Assembly (NCBI GenBank): GCA_963921275.4
Contig: OZ001293.3
Location: forward strand, 1,952,001-2,016,000
Reading direction: 5' to 3'
DNA: 64,000 nt
Source: an uncultured Hormoscilla sp.
Lineage (GTDB): Bacteria; Cyanobacteriota; Cyanobacteriia; Cyanobacteriales; Desertifilaceae
Below the pieces are notes generated by a model. The model saw only the letters and a list, made by a program, of their open reading frames with translations, was not told where the DNA came from and did no database searches. The translations under genes were made by a program, and so were the position numbers. Of the stretch, positions 21,697 through 34,042 are shown piece by piece. Every line of letters begins with the position of its first letter. Positions within the stretch are counted from its first letter, which is position 1.

Positions 21697-22269
21697 ATGT
21701 CTAGAAAAGACAATTTTCATCAAGCAGTCAGACGCGGAAAAGGATGGCCGGACAATTACCCAGGATCCTTTGCTATTGAAAATCAGTACGCTGCAATTGG
21801 AAGCTGATTTAGGAGCAGAAAAAGCGATCGCCGCTCAAAAGGACAATCAGAAAATAGCAGTAGAGGTGAAAAGATTGCTAAACACCTCAAAAATTCCCGA
21901 CTTATACCGGGCATTTGCACAGCAATTTTCCTATAAAGAGGCACTACACAAGCTAGAGCCCGATCGCATTTTTGCTCTAGCAATTCCAGACTCGATCTAT
22001 GACAATCAATGTGGAGAAATTATGATGGAGGAGCTTCTGGAGGAATATCCAGTAAAGCTGATTATCTAGGCTACCAACGTAAAGCGGGACAAATTTGCGG
22101 TTGTGCGAGCGGGCCAAATGTTTGTGGGCTGGAAGCCTTGCATCATGCGCTGTCCCGGCTTAAGTTGGTAGCCATTATCTTATAGCCCATACAGAGAGGA
22201 GATAGAGTCATGGATAAATTAGAACAATATCGGACAAGGAGCAGACAATACTGGAAAACTATGCTGATT
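21697..22269 (+). pseudogene. xisH: Second xisH (frameshifted, MITE-interrupted) with an xisI start fragment
   Basis: ITQDP...ADLGAEKAIAAQKDNQKIAVEVK...LEPDRIFALAIP; MDKLEQYR fragment at ~22210. Confidence 0.75.
22069..22173. mobile_element. 105-bp MITE (sister copy at 62632)
   Basis: TIR GGCTACCAACGTAAAGCGGGACA / TGTCCCGGCTTAAGTTGGTAGCC; 8-bp TSD ATTATCT(A/T). Confidence 0.85.
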
Positions 22270-22359
22270 AGATGAAAATTTTATACATCTGACAAAAGAT
22301 GATCTAATATTAGATCGAGCATGTAAAGTGATGAAACCCCGATCGCGCAGCGTGGCGCA

Positions 22360-22550
22360 GCCATTCGCATCTGCTGTTCAAACTGCTTCTGGGATCTTTC
22401 CCGTTCTTCCCTGGGCGTCAGGTTGACATAGAGGGTCGCCTCATTGATCTTTTCGCCCCCAGCAACCCCCAGGACATTATCCACAACTGGCTGCTGCTGT
22501 AACAGAGAAGTCGTCTGTTGCATCACCCGATCGGTATTGAGCGGAGTAGC
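22360..22550 (-). pseudogene. Short AcrB/RND efflux permease fragment
   Basis: TDRVMQQTTSLLQQQPVVDNVL...INEATLYVNLTPREERERSQKQFEQQMR resembles an RND periplasmic segment. Confidence 0.55.
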
Positions 22551-22650
22551 ACACGGCCACAGGCTTTGGAGTTGCCTAATTATCCCGATGAGCGGATGTG
22601 AAGGTCAAGCATTAGGCTTCACTGTCAAATTGCCTCACACCGCTGAAAAT

Positions 22651-22687
22651 TAACAACTAACAACTAACAACTAACAACTAACAACTA
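22651..22687. repeat. Heptamer short tandem repeat (TAACAAC)n
   Basis: Five copies; similar short arrays at ~32085, ~33440, ~48765, ~51456, ~52676. Confidence 0.85.
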
Positions 22688-23743
22688 TCAAATATCAGCA
22701 TCTTGATACAATTCTTCAAGGGACTGCTGCTGAGTCCGACGAGAAATCCGACGGTACTTCTTTGCTTCTAATCGCGGTTCGTACTCACTCTTCCCTTTCC
22801 CTTTACTTTTCCGCTTCAGGGTTGAGTCAGGATCCCCTTGTTGATGCAACTGCTCTTGACGGGCGATCGCCTTTTCCAAACAATCCAAATAATGCTCGTA
22901 GCGTTCCCAATCTCCCCTGACAACGCAATTAGGCTCATCTCTATGCAAACAGTCACTAAACTGACAGCTACCCGTCCCTAACCTTGTCGAAGCTTCTGGG
23001 AAATAAGCCACCAATTCCTCTGGAGAACAATCCATGTGAGGCTGATTAAAACCAGGAGTATCTGCTAACAATCCCTCACCAGGTAACTCAAATAATTCCA
23101 CATGGCGGGTAGTATGGCGTCCCCTACCCAGCTTTCCGGAAACCTCCCTCACTCGCAAGCAAGCTGTCGGAATTAGCTGGTTAATCAGACTCGACTTCCC
23201 CACCCCAGAAGGCCCGGCCACAACCGTGATGCGATCGCGCAGCCTATTCCTCAGTTCAGTAATATTGTCAAGGGTAGAAACACTGATAAATATCGCTTTG
23301 TAGCCCCAGGCTTGCAACCTCTCATCCCATCCGCCCATATGACCGGGCGCGACCAGATCGCATTTATTCAAGCACAAACACACATTTAAACCCGTGGATT
23401 CCGCCTTCACCAGAAATCTACTCAACTGGTAAGGGTCTAAAGTTGGTTCTGCCAGAGCAAAAACCAGTAAGATTTGATTAGCATTGGCCACAGGAGGGCG
23501 ATCGAGTTTAGTGGCCCGGGGTAACAGTTTATCGATCGCCCCCCGTCGGCCTTCCCAGTCCGGTTCGCAAACCAGCACCCGATCGCCCACCATCACCTGC
23601 TGACCAATTTTTTTCAGGCGCGATCGTCTCGTACATAGCAGAGAAGAACAGGCCATACCAGCATTTTCTAAGCGAACCCGATAGAAATTCGCTTGCACAG
23701 CCATCACCTTCCCCAGCAACTGCGCCGGTTCTGAGTCAATCAA
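22688..23743 (-). CDS. rsgA: Small ribosomal subunit biogenesis GTPase RsgA
   Basis: NKCD, GPSGVGKSS, GRHTT, DTPG, C-x4-C-x-H-x5-C. Confidence 0.97.
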   Translation of the reverse strand: MIDSEPAQLLGKVMAVQANFYRVRLENAGMACSSLLCTRRSRLKKIGQQVMVGDRVLVCEPDWEGRRGAIDKLLPRATKLDRPPVANANQILLVFALAEPTLDPYQLSRFLVKAESTGLNVCLCLNKCDLVAPGHMGGWDERLQAWGYKAIFISVSTLDNITELRNRLRDRITVVAGPSGVGKSSLINQLIPTACLRVREVSGKLGRGRHTTRHVELFELPGEGLLADTPGFNQPHMDCSPEELVAYFPEASTRLGTGSCQFSDCLHRDEPNCVVRGDWERYEHYLDCLEKAIARQEQLHQQGDPDSTLKRKSKGKGKSEYEPRLEAKKYRRISRRTQQQSLEELYQDADI

Positions 23744-23973
23744 AGCCGAGGACGCCGCACTCGCAGCGCAAAAAACCCTACCCGATCCTCTATTAATTCA
23801 ATCCCGTAACCTTCCATCGCCAAACTATCGGGCACCTGTTCAATTGGCTCGCCCGGATCCAGCCACACCTCCAGCAAAGACCCCGGTACCATTTGCTCTA
23901 GCCGCAGTTTAGTTCTGACAAAATTAATCGGGCAGGGAGTACCCCGCAAATCCATCTGAGCGTCAGGCATCAT
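23740..23973 (-). CDS. TusA/SirA-family sulfurtransferase
   Basis: DLRGTPCP motif; overlaps dnaJ and rsgA. Confidence 0.9.
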   Translation of the reverse strand: MMPDAQMDLRGTPCPINFVRTKLRLEQMVPGSLLEVWLDPGEPIEQVPDSLAMEGYGIELIEDRVGFFALRVRRPRL

Positions 23974-25103
23974 TTATTAAACAGTCCTCCCAAGAAACCT
24001 TCCATCCCACCCTTGCCAGTGCGATTACCGCGAATAGAGGCCAACTCCTCCAGATGCTGTCGTTCCTCAGCCCCTATCCGCGTGGGAATCTCCACCAACA
24101 CCGTAATCAAGTGATCGCCTCGCGAAACCGGATTTCCCAGTCGTGGCACCCCACGATTTTCCAAAGTAAGAACAGTATTCGGCTGGGTTCCCGCTGGAAT
24201 CACCAACTCGGACGAACCATCTACCGTCTTTATTTCTCTGTGACTGCCCAGAATCGCTTCCAGATAACTAATCTTCAACTCTGAAAGCACATTTATGCCA
24301 TCCCGCCGGAAATCCGGGTCTTCATTCACGGACAAATACACGTACAGGTCTCCCGCCGGCCCCCCGCGTCCACCCGCATCACCTTCACCTGAGACCCGCA
24401 ACCTCGTACCATTATCCACCCCTGCTGGGATTGTAATTTTCAGCTTTTTCGTCACCTGCTTATTGCCACTGCCACCACAGGTCTGACACTTTTCCTCAAT
24501 CACCCGCCCCGTCCCATTACAACTGGGACAGACTGACACTTGGGTAAAGCTGCCAAAAGGCGTCCGCGTGGCCCGCCGTATTTGACCCGACCCGCCACAA
24601 GTCTGGCAAGTTTTTGGCTTCGTTCCTGGCTTAGCACCGGTACCTTTACAGGTGCCACAGGTTTCCAGGTGGTTGATGCGAATTTCCTTCTCCTCACCAA
24701 ACACCGCTTCTGTGAATTCCAGCCTCAGGTCCAGCCGCAGGTCGTCCCCACGCACCGGTCCCCTTCTGCGAGCCGCCGTTTGACCCCCCATTCCACCGGA
24801 AAACCCACTAAAGAAGCTTTCAAATATATCTGCAAACCCACCGATATCGCCGAAATCTTGGAATCCACTGGCTCCCACACCGGCACCACTCACTCCTGCT
24901 TCGCCGAATCGGTCATAGCGTGCCTTCATTTCCGGTTCTGAGAGGACTTCGTAGGCACGATTTATCTCCTTAAACCGTTCCTCCGCCCCCGATTCCTTAT
25001 TCACATCCGGGTGATACTTGCGCGCCAAGCGACGGTAGGCACGCTTAATTTCTTCCTTGTCTGCATCCCGGGAGACCCCTAGAACTTCGTAATAATCGGC
25101 CAT
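23970..25103 (-). CDS. dnaJ: Chaperone DnaJ
   Basis: J domain with HPD, G/F region, four CxxCxGxG repeats. Confidence 0.98.
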   Translation of the reverse strand: MADYYEVLGVSRDADKEEIKRAYRRLARKYHPDVNKESGAEERFKEINRAYEVLSEPEMKARYDRFGEAGVSGAGVGASGFQDFGDIGGFADIFESFFSGFSGGMGGQTAARRRGPVRGDDLRLDLRLEFTEAVFGEEKEIRINHLETCGTCKGTGAKPGTKPKTCQTCGGSGQIRRATRTPFGSFTQVSVCPSCNGTGRVIEEKCQTCGGSGNKQVTKKLKITIPAGVDNGTRLRVSGEGDAGGRGGPAGDLYVYLSVNEDPDFRRDGINVLSELKISYLEAILGSHREIKTVDGSSELVIPAGTQPNTVLTLENRGVPRLGNPVSRGDHLITVLVEIPTRIGAEERQHLEELASIRGNRTGKGGMEGFLGGLFNK

Positions 25104-25146
25104 AGAGCGCTAGTTTATGCTACTTGTGCTATTATCCGCTATTTTT

Positions 25147-27096
25147 CTATTCGATCGCTTCGTAGTCAGCAGTGACAGTTTCCGAATCATCTTCCTCGTC
25201 TGAGAACGAAGCGGTATCTTCCTCGACCTTTAAGGTTGATAATTCCGAACCTGCCGCGCTTGGCACCATTTCTGCCTGAGTGCTATCACCTTGTTCATAC
25301 ACATAGGTGCCAATCTCAAATAGTATTTGTTGTAGGGCATCGATTTTTCCCTTTACTTCCTCTACTCTGATTGCCGGATTAGCGAAAGCCGCTCTGATCT
25401 CCGTCACCTTTTGTTTTGCCTGGGCCTTCAGTTCTAAGCTGATATATTTTTCCTGGTTTTTTAGCGTCGTTTGATAACTATAGAATAGGCTATCTACCTG
25501 GTTTTTCAGTTCTACCAGCTGCTTACGCCTGCGGTTTTCCTCTGTGTATACTTCCGTCTCCATGCGCATTTTTTCCACTTCACTGGCACTCAATCCGCCG
25601 GTGTTGCTGATTTCAATACTCTGTTCGGACCCCGTTCCTTTATCTCGCGCCGATACTTTCAGAATACCATTAGCATCTATCTCAAAGGACACCTCTATCT
25701 GGGGTACCCCTCGTGGTGCTGGCGAAATCCCCGTTAGCTCAAATTTCCCCAGACTCTTATTGTCCCTCGCCAGAGCTCTTTCCCCTTGCAGTACGTGAAT
25801 TTCCACCGAAGTTTGCCCATCTGTTGCCGTCGAAAAGGACTGGGTTTTGCTCGTTGGAATCGTCCTATTCCGTTCAATGATTTTAGTGAACACTGAGCCC
25901 AAGGTTTCTATTCCCAGGGACAAAGGCGTCACATCTAGTAGTAGCAGGTCTTTCATCTCGCCACCGATCACCCCACCTTGAATTGCCGCCCCCAGGGCCA
26001 CCGCTTCATCTGGATTTACCGATCTATCCGGTGCCTTGCCACCAAAGTAATTTTTGATTGCCTCTTGCACTGCCGGTATCCGGGTAGACCCACCCACCAT
26101 AATTATCCGGTCAATATCCTCCTTTTTCCTATCGCAGTCCTTGAGCGCCTGGGTCATCGGTTCTAGCGTTCCTTCGATTAGGTCTTTGCTCAGTTCTTCA
26201 AACTTAGCCCTACTCAACTCCATCTCCAGATGTTTCGGTCCCGTTTCATCAGCCGTAATGAACGGCAGGTTAATTGAAGTCGTCACCATGTTAGACAACT
26301 CTATTTTTGCCTTTTCCGCCGCCTCACGCAGGCGTTGCAGGGCCATTTTGTCCACTGACAGGTCAATACCTTCCTCCTTGGAGAAGCTATCGATCATCCA
26401 GTTTACTATACAGTTATCAAAATCATCACCCCCCAGATGGTTGTTACCCGAAGTAGCCTGCACCTCAAAAATGCCATCACCTAGCTGGAGAATAGAGACA
26501 TCGAAAGTCCCACCACCCAAGTCAAAGACCAGAATCATCTGGTCTTTGTCCTGCTTATCTAAACCGTAGGATAATGAAGCCGCCGTCGGCTCATTAATAA
26601 TCCGCTGCACTTCTAGACCAGCGATCGTGCCTGCATCTTTTGTCGCTTGCCGCTGGGCGTCCGTGAAGTAAGCTGGCACCGCGATCACCGCTTCACTCAC
26701 CGGTTCTCCCAGATAATTTTCGGCATCCTGCTTTAGTTTTTGCAGGATCATCGCTGATATTTCTTGCGGCGTGTAATTGCGACCCCTAATTTGGACATCT
26801 ACTGTCTCGTCGCGACCTGTTACACAATTATAGGGCACCCTAGACCGTTCTACTTCCGTATCGCACCAGCGTCTACCTATAAATCTTTTGATGCTGAATA
26901 TGGTATTTTCTGCATTGGTAACTGCTTGTCGCTTTGCCAGTTGACCTACCAAGCGCTCCCCTGCCTTCCCAAAGCCCACCATACTCGGGGTAGTACGTCC
27001 ACCTTCCGAGTTATAGATGACGACTGGTTGACCGTCCTCCAATACAGCAACACAACTATTGGTCGTCCCTAAGTCTATGCCAATGACTTTTCCCAT
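25147..27096 (-). CDS. dnaK: Chaperone DnaK
   Basis: [36 protein letters not shown]. Confidence 0.98.
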   Translation of the reverse strand: MGKVIGIDLGTTNSCVAVLEDGQPVVIYNSEGGRTTPSMVGFGKAGERLVGQLAKRQAVTNAENTIFSIKRFIGRRWCDTEVERSRVPYNCVTGRDETVDVQIRGRNYTPQEISAMILQKLKQDAENYLGEPVSEAVIAVPAYFTDAQRQATKDAGTIAGLEVQRIINEPTAASLSYGLDKQDKDQMILVFDLGGGTFDVSILQLGDGIFEVQATSGNNHLGGDDFDNCIVNWMIDSFSKEEGIDLSVDKMALQRLREAAEKAKIELSNMVTTSINLPFITADETGPKHLEMELSRAKFEELSKDLIEGTLEPMTQALKDCDRKKEDIDRIIMVGGSTRIPAVQEAIKNYFGGKAPDRSVNPDEAVALGAAIQGGVIGGEMKDLLLLDVTPLSLGIETLGSVFTKIIERNRTIPTSKTQSFSTATDGQTSVEIHVLQGERALARDNKSLGKFELTGISPAPRGVPQIEVSFEIDANGILKVSARDKGTGSEQSIEISNTGGLSASEVEKMRMETEVYTEENRRRKQLVELKNQVDSLFYSYQTTLKNQEKYISLELKAQAKQKVTEIRAAFANPAIRVEEVKGKIDALQQILFEIGTYVYEQGDSTQAEMVPSAAGSELSTLKVEEDTASFSDEEDDSETVTADYEAIE

Positions 27097-27234
27097 AGCT
27101 AGCGGCGGTTAATGTTGACAATATCTGAATACACTCTCAGCTATTTGGCTGAGTGTCTACTCTGTTATGCACTCTATCGCGAGCACCAGACGCCACTGGC
27201 GCCTGGTTGACTTACCTATATTTACTATACCCCT

Positions 27235-28032
27235 TTAATTTTCAATACTTTCATTACTCTCCTCACTCTCGGACACTACAGCTGCTGAAGCTTCCATCGG
27301 TTCTTCTGGCGCTGCTGCTACTTTTACCATAGCGTGGCGCAGCACCCGATCGCCCAGCATATACCCCCGCATCAATTCTTCTATCACCGTTCCTTCTGGA
27401 TATTGGTCCGTTTGTCCCCGCATCACCGCTTCATGCAGGTTCGGGTCAAACTCTTCTCCTTCACAACGCATCGCCGACACTCCGATGCCTTTTAGACAGT
27501 CTACCAATTGCTTATATACCCCTTGGTAGCTTTTGTGGATGTTCTTTTCCCCGTCTGTTTGCGGTTTGATCTGCGATCGCGCCCGCTCGAAGTTATCTAC
27601 CACCGGCAGCAGTTCTTTAATTGTCGCAGACTTTATGCGCTGCTCCATTTCTTCTTTTTCCTTGTAAGTGCGCTTGCGAAAGTTATCAAAATCTGCCGCT
27701 ATCCGCACTGATTGGTTCTTTACCTCTCTGAGCTGATTTTTTAGAGACTCTATTTCGGCCTCCTGCGTCGCCAATTCCACGAACAGTGCTTCGTCCACCG
27801 TTACTTTCGGTTCTGACAACCCTGTTGCTGCGGACGACTCTGAACCCATAGCCGACTCTATCTCTAATGACTCTGTCGGCTGAGGCCCTGGCCCTGGGCT
27901 ACTTGCTTCTGATGCCACTTCTGCTGCTATATTTTCAGCCGACCTTGTCGGAACCTGCATTTCCTCTGACACTTCTGGCGAGGATTCCGAATCCCTAGTC
28001 ATATTCTCTAACTGCTTTGACTCGTCGCTCAT
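27235..28032 (-). CDS. grpE: Nucleotide exchange factor GrpE
   Basis: [44 protein letters not shown]. Confidence 0.97.
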   Translation of the reverse strand: MSDESKQLENMTRDSESSPEVSEEMQVPTRSAENIAAEVASEASSPGPGPQPTESLEIESAMGSESSAATGLSEPKVTVDEALFVELATQEAEIESLKNQLREVKNQSVRIAADFDNFRKRTYKEKEEMEQRIKSATIKELLPVVDNFERARSQIKPQTDGEKNIHKSYQGVYKQLVDCLKGIGVSAMRCEGEEFDPNLHEAVMRGQTDQYPEGTVIEELMRGYMLGDRVLRHAMVKVAAAPEEPMEASAAVVSESEESNESIEN

Positions 28033-28890
28033 TGTACTCTTACTCTACACTGCAAGACTACTACCAGGGAGCCGGTTACACCCGATGCCCCTGTTTTCCT
28101 TAGGACCACTAAGCTTTTAGCCTAGCTTCTGGACATCCCTTTTTTGGACCGACACGCAATATTTTAGCTTTTTTTGCTGGTCGCCCTACCTTCTGGTTCA
28201 TTTGGGCCAACCTGCCAGTCTGGATGCTGCTGCATCTCGTCTGAGCTGGCGCTGTGGGAAGCTAGGTCTCAGGCGGCACTTTGGCCCTGCCGGTTATCTT
28301 ATCAATAATTTACCACACCACAAGCTGTTTTGATCTGAACTATTGACCATTATCCCCTGTCCCGGCCAATCGCCGATCCCCATCGTCATCCGGCGGCATA
28401 GCCCGGCGTCGTGGATTCCTCGCCACTAGCTACCAGGCTTGAAATTGTGATATATTGGGTTATGTTTTGGGACAGTCGCCTGTTGCCCTGACCCCTGCCA
28501 TCGGACTGCCTCCAGTCATGACCTCTGATCGCCGTATCCCTTGCGGGAGCGCAGCCATTCGCGCAGAGTGGCCAGCCTAGCAAGTAGATCGGCTGCATAT
28601 TTTTAACTGTAAGGAAGATTCCATGAGAACTGAAAAATCACTATATAGATTGATGACAATCAGTAGAGAAACCACTCAATAAAGAGATGGCTCCGCTACC
28701 ATGGGAGGTGAGTTAGATATTTTGGGGAAATGACCGAGCAATTGCCGCAGGAGACGGGAAGTGGAAGAGTTTTAGCTCCCCCCGCTCGGGAGATATAAGG
28801 ATGTTTTTCCTATTGGTATTGAGTAATAATAGTAGAATGTCGGCTTCGCGGCAGATTAGTTGGCCCAGAAGCTTTTGCTAGACGAAAATT

Positions 28891-30897
28891 ATGAGGAAAT
28901 CCCCAACAGCGCGGCGTGAGCTTATTGTACAAAATAACCTTTCTCCGTTTGGCAACAAAGTGGTCAGGTCAGGGTATGTCAATAGTGACCAGATGCAGCA
29001 GGCTTTGATAGAAAGCCGCAAGTCAAGGAAGCCACTGACGCCGGTACTGGAAGGGCTGACAGGTAAGCAACTGCCCCCAGATTTAATTCGCCAGTACAAG
29101 AAACAGCAGCTGTTTGAACTGAAGATCCTCTATGGGGTAGATTCTCTAGATCCAGAAATATTTCAGATCGACACGACCCAGGTAAACTCCCTGATTAACA
29201 CCCTCATCCCCATAGATATATGTCGGAGCTATCAATTAGTACCGCTGTCGAAAAAAGCTAATCCGCCTTCGGTATTGGTGGCAATGGTGGATCCAGATAA
29301 TCTGGCAGCGTTGGACGACATGAAGCGGGTACTGCGCCCCCAAGGTTTGGAAATGCAGCGGATGGTGATTATCCAAGAAGATTACCAGCAAATCATTTCC
29401 AAATACCTGGACGAAGAAGTAAAAAAGCAGTCCAAACCAAAGAAAAGGGAGGAAAACCTTGACCTAGAAATAGATTTAACCTATCTGAACACCAGTATGG
29501 AGGATGAGGGGGACGATGAAGAGTCAGATGTTGACCTGAATAAGGCATTAAAAGATGCGGAAAGTGCCCCAGTCATAAAATGGGTGAATAAAATCCTGGC
29601 CAAGGCACTGACAGATGGGGTGTCGGATATCCATGTGGAACCTCAGGAAGAAGATTTGCGGGTGCGCTTCCGCAAGGATGGGGTGCTGCAAGAGCCTTTT
29701 CCGAGATTCCCGAAGTCAATTGTCAACGCCCTGACCTCTCGTTTCAAAATTATCTCGAATTTGGATATCGCTGAACGGCGGAAACCCCAGGATGGTCGTA
29801 TCCGCAGGATATTCCAAGGACGCAAGGTGGACTTCCGGGTGAATACTCTGCCAGCACGCTACGGGGAGAAGATCGTGCTGCGGATCTTGGATAATTCGTC
29901 AACCCAGCTGGGGTTGGATAAGTTAATCACAAATCCAGAGACCCTCACTCAAGTGCGGGAAATGGCGTCGCGTCCCTTTGGACTGATCTTGGTGACGGGG
30001 CCAACGGGTTCGGGTAAGTCTACAACCCTATATTCAGTCCTGGCAGAAAGAAACGATCCGGGGGTGAATATCAGCACGGCGGAAGACCCGATCGAGTATG
30101 CGTTACCGGGGATTAATCAGGTGCAGATGATTCGGGAAAAAAATATGGACTTTTCCTCGATTCTGCGGGCGTTCCTGCGGCAAGACCCGGATATAATTCT
30201 GGTGGGTGAGACCCGGGATAAGGAAACGGCAAAAACGGCAATAGAAGCGGCGTTGACGGGACACTTGGTGCTGACAACTCTACACACCAATGACGCGGCA
30301 GGGGCGATCGCCCGCTTGGACGAAATGGGGGTAGAACCTTTCATGGTCTCCGGGGCATTGCTGGGTGTGGTGGCCCAACGCTTGATGCGGCGGGTTTGTA
30401 GCGAATGTCGCATTGCCTATACCCCCACGCCTGAAGAACTAGCCCGCTACGGCATGTCGGCTTCTAAAGAGGCAGGGGTGACTTTCTATAAAGCTAACAC
30501 GATTCCTCTTGAAGATCGGGGAGAGCTGAAGGAAAAAGGGGAACTATGCCCCAAATGTAGTGGCGTGGGCTACAAGGGTCGTTGTGGGGTATATGAATTA
30601 CTGCAAGTGACAGAAAATCTCCAAGTGTTGATCAATGCAGGGGCCCCGACAGAGCGGATTAAGGAAGTAGCTGTAGAAGAGGGGATGGTCACATTACTGG
30701 CCTATAGCTTAAATCTGGTACGGGAAGGTGCGACCACCTTGGATGAAGTGGAGCGCGTGACCTATACGGACACGGGTCTGGAAGCAGAACTGAAAGCAAA
30801 ACGGAAGGTGGGTCTGACCTGTAAAACTTGCGCTGCGGGACTGCAGCAGGAGTGGCTAGAATGTCCATACTGCATGACACCTCGCTTTACTGATTAA
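28891..30897 (+). CDS. pilB: Type IV pilus assembly ATPase PilB
   Basis: GPTGSGKST, EDPIEY, LRQDPD, TLHTN; C-terminal Cys motif typical of cyanobacterial PilB1. Confidence 0.96.
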   Translation: MRKSPTARRELIVQNNLSPFGNKVVRSGYVNSDQMQQALIESRKSRKPLTPVLEGLTGKQLPPDLIRQYKKQQLFELKILYGVDSLDPEIFQIDTTQVNSLINTLIPIDICRSYQLVPLSKKANPPSVLVAMVDPDNLAALDDMKRVLRPQGLEMQRMVIIQEDYQQIISKYLDEEVKKQSKPKKREENLDLEIDLTYLNTSMEDEGDDEESDVDLNKALKDAESAPVIKWVNKILAKALTDGVSDIHVEPQEEDLRVRFRKDGVLQEPFPRFPKSIVNALTSRFKIISNLDIAERRKPQDGRIRRIFQGRKVDFRVNTLPARYGEKIVLRILDNSSTQLGLDKLITNPETLTQVREMASRPFGLILVTGPTGSGKSTTLYSVLAERNDPGVNISTAEDPIEYALPGINQVQMIREKNMDFSSILRAFLRQDPDIILVGETRDKETAKTAIEAALTGHLVLTTLHTNDAAGAIARLDEMGVEPFMVSGALLGVVAQRLMRRVCSECRIAYTPTPEELARYGMSASKEAGVTFYKANTIPLEDRGELKEKGELCPKCSGVGYKGRCGVYELLQVTENLQVLINAGAPTERIKEVAVEEGMVTLLAYSLNLVREGATTLDEVERVTYTDTGLEAELKAKRKVGLTCKTCAAGLQQEWLECPYCMTPRFTD

Positions 30898-30933
30898 CAG
30901 TTTTGATGTGACTTTAGATAAGGAGACAGCGGT

Positions 30934-32022
30934 ATGGAGTTGATGATCGAAGACGTAATGGAGTCTCTGATCGAGCAGGGTGGGTCGGACATGCATATCC
31001 AGGCAGATTCGCCGATCTACTTCCGGATCAGTGGGAAATTGACTCCTCAGCCCCAATTTGGCGAAGAACTGGATGCTCAATCTTGTCAGCGTCTGATATT
31101 TAGTATGCTGAATAACAACCAGCGCAAGGCTCTGGAGCAAAACTGGGAGCTAGACTGTGCTTATGGGGTAAAAGGATTGTCTCGCTTTCGGGTAAATGTA
31201 TATCGGGAACGTGGTTGCTTTGCGGCTTGCTTGCGGGCCTTGCCTTTTAACATTCCCAATTTCGAGAAGCTGGGAGTGCCAGAGATAATGCGGGAACTCT
31301 CAGAACGACCTCGCGGGATGGTGTTGATCACGGGTCAGACCGGTTGTGGGAAGACGACGACAATAGCGGCGATCCTGGATCTGATCAACCGCACCCGCTC
31401 AGAGCATATCCTAACGGTGGAAGACCCGATCGAATATGTATTCCCGAATATCAAGAGTCTGTTTCACCAACGGCAAAGGGGAGAAGACACTAAGAGCTTT
31501 GCTAATGCGCTGAGAGCAGCCCTGCGGGAAGACCCGGATATAATCCTAGTGGGAGAAATGCGCGACTTGGAGACGACCGGTCTGGCGGTGTCGGCAGCAG
31601 AAACGGGTCACTTGGTGTTTGGCACGATGCACACTAACTCGGCAGCAGGGACGATCGACCGCTTGCTGGATATGTTCCCGCCAATTCAACAACCCCAAAT
31701 CAGGGCCCAAATATCAGGGTCTTTGGTAGGGGTCTGTAGTCAGAACCTGGTAAATAAAATCGGCGGCGGTCGGTGTGCAGCTCAGGAAATCATGGTGAAT
31801 ACTCCGGCGATCGGGAATTTGATCCGTGATGGTAAAACTGCTCAAATTTACTCGGCCATCCAAACCGGGGCAAAGATGGGCATGCAGACGATGGAAATGG
31901 CTTTAGCAAGACTGGTACGGGAAAACAAGGTAACTTATGAAGACGCGATCTGCAAGTGCAATAAAATAGATGAGCTGAATCGTCTTATTGGACTAGGGGT
32001 AAAAGCAGGGGCAAAAAAGTAG
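30934..32022 (+). CDS. pilT: Type IV pilus retraction ATPase PilT
   Basis: GQTGCGKT, EDPIE, LREDPD, AETGHLVFGTMHT; pilB-pilT-pilC synteny. Confidence 0.96.
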   Translation: MELMIEDVMESLIEQGGSDMHIQADSPIYFRISGKLTPQPQFGEELDAQSCQRLIFSMLNNNQRKALEQNWELDCAYGVKGLSRFRVNVYRERGCFAACLRALPFNIPNFEKLGVPEIMRELSERPRGMVLITGQTGCGKTTTIAAILDLINRTRSEHILTVEDPIEYVFPNIKSLFHQRQRGEDTKSFANALRAALREDPDIILVGEMRDLETTGLAVSAAETGHLVFGTMHTNSAAGTIDRLLDMFPPIQQPQIRAQISGSLVGVCSQNLVNKIGGGRCAAQEIMVNTPAIGNLIRDGKTAQIYSAIQTGAKMGMQTMEMALARLVRENKVTYEDAICKCNKIDELNRLIGLGVKAGAKK

Positions 32023-32125
32023 CTAGCACAGTCGGAGTGCCGCAAAGGGATGACAGTTGTTAGTTGTTAAGGGTAGGAGAACTAACAACTAAAAACTAAA
32101 AACTAAAAACTAACAAAGAACAGCC

Positions 32126-33354
32126 ATGCCAACTTTTATTGCTAGTATTCGGGACTCAACAGGACAGCAGAAAAAAGAAAAGTTAACGGCAGACAATATT
32201 CAGGCAGCACGGATTTCTCTGATCAATAAGGGACTGTCGGTGCAGGACATCAAGAAAGCAGGTTTCAACCTGAAGGACATTGACTTCGACGAACTAAATG
32301 AAGCATTTACCATTGCGACAGCTAGTATCACGGTTAAGGATATAGCTGTATTTTCGCGTCAATTTGCGGCAATGGTAAATGCGGGGGTGGGGATGGTTAG
32401 ATGCCTGGGGGTGTTAACAGAAGAATGTGAAAATCCTAAGCTGAAACATGCTCTGAAGAAAATTTCGGGCGAGGTGCAAGAGGGAACAGATCTGTCGGAG
32501 GCAATGGGCAAACATCCGGCTTGCTTTAGCGATCTATACGTGGCGATGATATCGGCAGGGGAAGTAGGGGGGGTACTAGATGAGGTGCTCAACCGTCTGG
32601 CAAAGTGCTAGAAGATGCGGCCAGGTTGGAAAACGAGATGAAGTCAGCTATGTCCTACCCAGTGACGGTAGGAACATTGGCGGTGATCATTTTTATTAGT
32701 CTGTGTGTTTTTCTGCTGCCTACTTTTTCGGCTATTTTTGAAGACATTGGGGTAGAACTGCCAGCCTTCACCCAGTTCATGCTGGGAATTAGTGACTTTC
32801 TGATAGATGTCAAAAAGTCCTTGGGACTAGGGGCAATACTGTTAGTGCTCAAGTTGATTTACGATCAATGGTACAAAACTCCGGCGGGGAAGTTGATAAT
32901 GGATAAAATCTTCCTGAAGCTACCGTTGTTTGGAGAACTGATAACAAAAACAGCGACGGCGCGTTTTTGCCGCACGTTTGGGACTTTATCTCGCGCGGGA
33001 GTGCCAATCCTAACTTCTTTGGAAATTGTCCGGGATACGGCGGGGAATCAGGCGATATCAAATTCGGTGGAAGCGGCCCGCAATGAAATTCAGGGCGGGG
33101 GCATGATCAGCGTGGCTTTGGAAAGAGATAAAGTATTTCCGGCGATCGCGATGATGAAGATTGGTGAGGAAACGGGGCAGATAGACCAAATGCTGATGAA
33201 AGTGGCTGACTTCTATGAGGATGAAGTTGAGCAAGCTGTCAAAGCACTTACCAGTATGCTGGAACCAGTGATGATCGTGGTGATTGGCGGGATGGTAGGT
33301 TCGATTTTGCTGTCGATGTATCTGCCCATGTTTAAGGTGTTTGAATCACTGTAA
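32126..33354 (+). pseudogene. pilC: PilC (GspF family), split by a 1-nt frameshift near 32607
   Basis: AGEVGGVLDEVLNRLAK|LEDAARL...IGEETG; the two halves are ORFs 32126-32611 and 32605-33354. Confidence 0.85.
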
Positions 33355-33518
33355 GAGTGGTGAATGGGTAATTGAGAATGGAGAATTGAAAATGGAGAAT
33401 TGAGGATGGTTTAATAGTCAATAAAAAATTAGCAATTATCCATTAGCAATTAGCAATTAGCAATGAATTAAGTAGGATTATCGGAGCGAAGTCAGAAAAA
33501 TGGCGGGAAAAAAAATCA

Positions 33519-34042
33519 TTACGAAGCGTTACTGGCAGAATATAGTAACACGGAAGTGAGGGCGGTTAAGTAAATGTCAGCGATTTGAGCGATATCGCTA
33601 GCCCGATCGAGTCCATTGACAATACGTCGGGCGCTGTAAAAATCTTGCTCTCGATCATTGATGAAGTCACTCAGGGCTAATCCGGTAAAGGTACCATCGC
33701 GCATGCCTTGAACTAAGATTGTAGCGGCGATTTCGGGAATGGCTGCGCCCCCAGCGCAGCGCTATCGGATGCTCTCTCGGGGAAATTCACGAGGGAGAGA
33801 AAGTCCTCGTTAATCCCACTGTTAAGCAGATGAAAAAAGAGTTGAAAATTGCTTAAATTCCGTAAGTCCGGGTTATTGGATCGATACCAATTCAAATCAA
33901 TAAAGGGTGAGAACTGACGGCCTTCGGCCAAACCATTATTACAGAAATGCCGTCTAGCTTCTGTATCATTGAAACCAGCCAGATCCGGATTTATGGCTCG
34001 GTAATAGTCGGCAGCGAATACAGTAAATATGTTGATACTCAT
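33519..34042 (-). pseudogene. Fused remnants: surface-repeat N-terminus and a GH19/lysozyme-like C-terminus
   Basis: YYRAINPDL...HF..NG..EGR.FSPF.D..Y...NPDL repeat; GMRDGTFTGLALSDFI...DFYSARRIVNGLDRA. Confidence 0.6.

Noticed and set aside
28033..28890. CIRCE operator or small ORF (28386-28598) between grpE and pilB
   Set aside because: No TTAGCACTC-N9-GAGTGCTAA; the ORF includes repeat sequence and lacks motifs.
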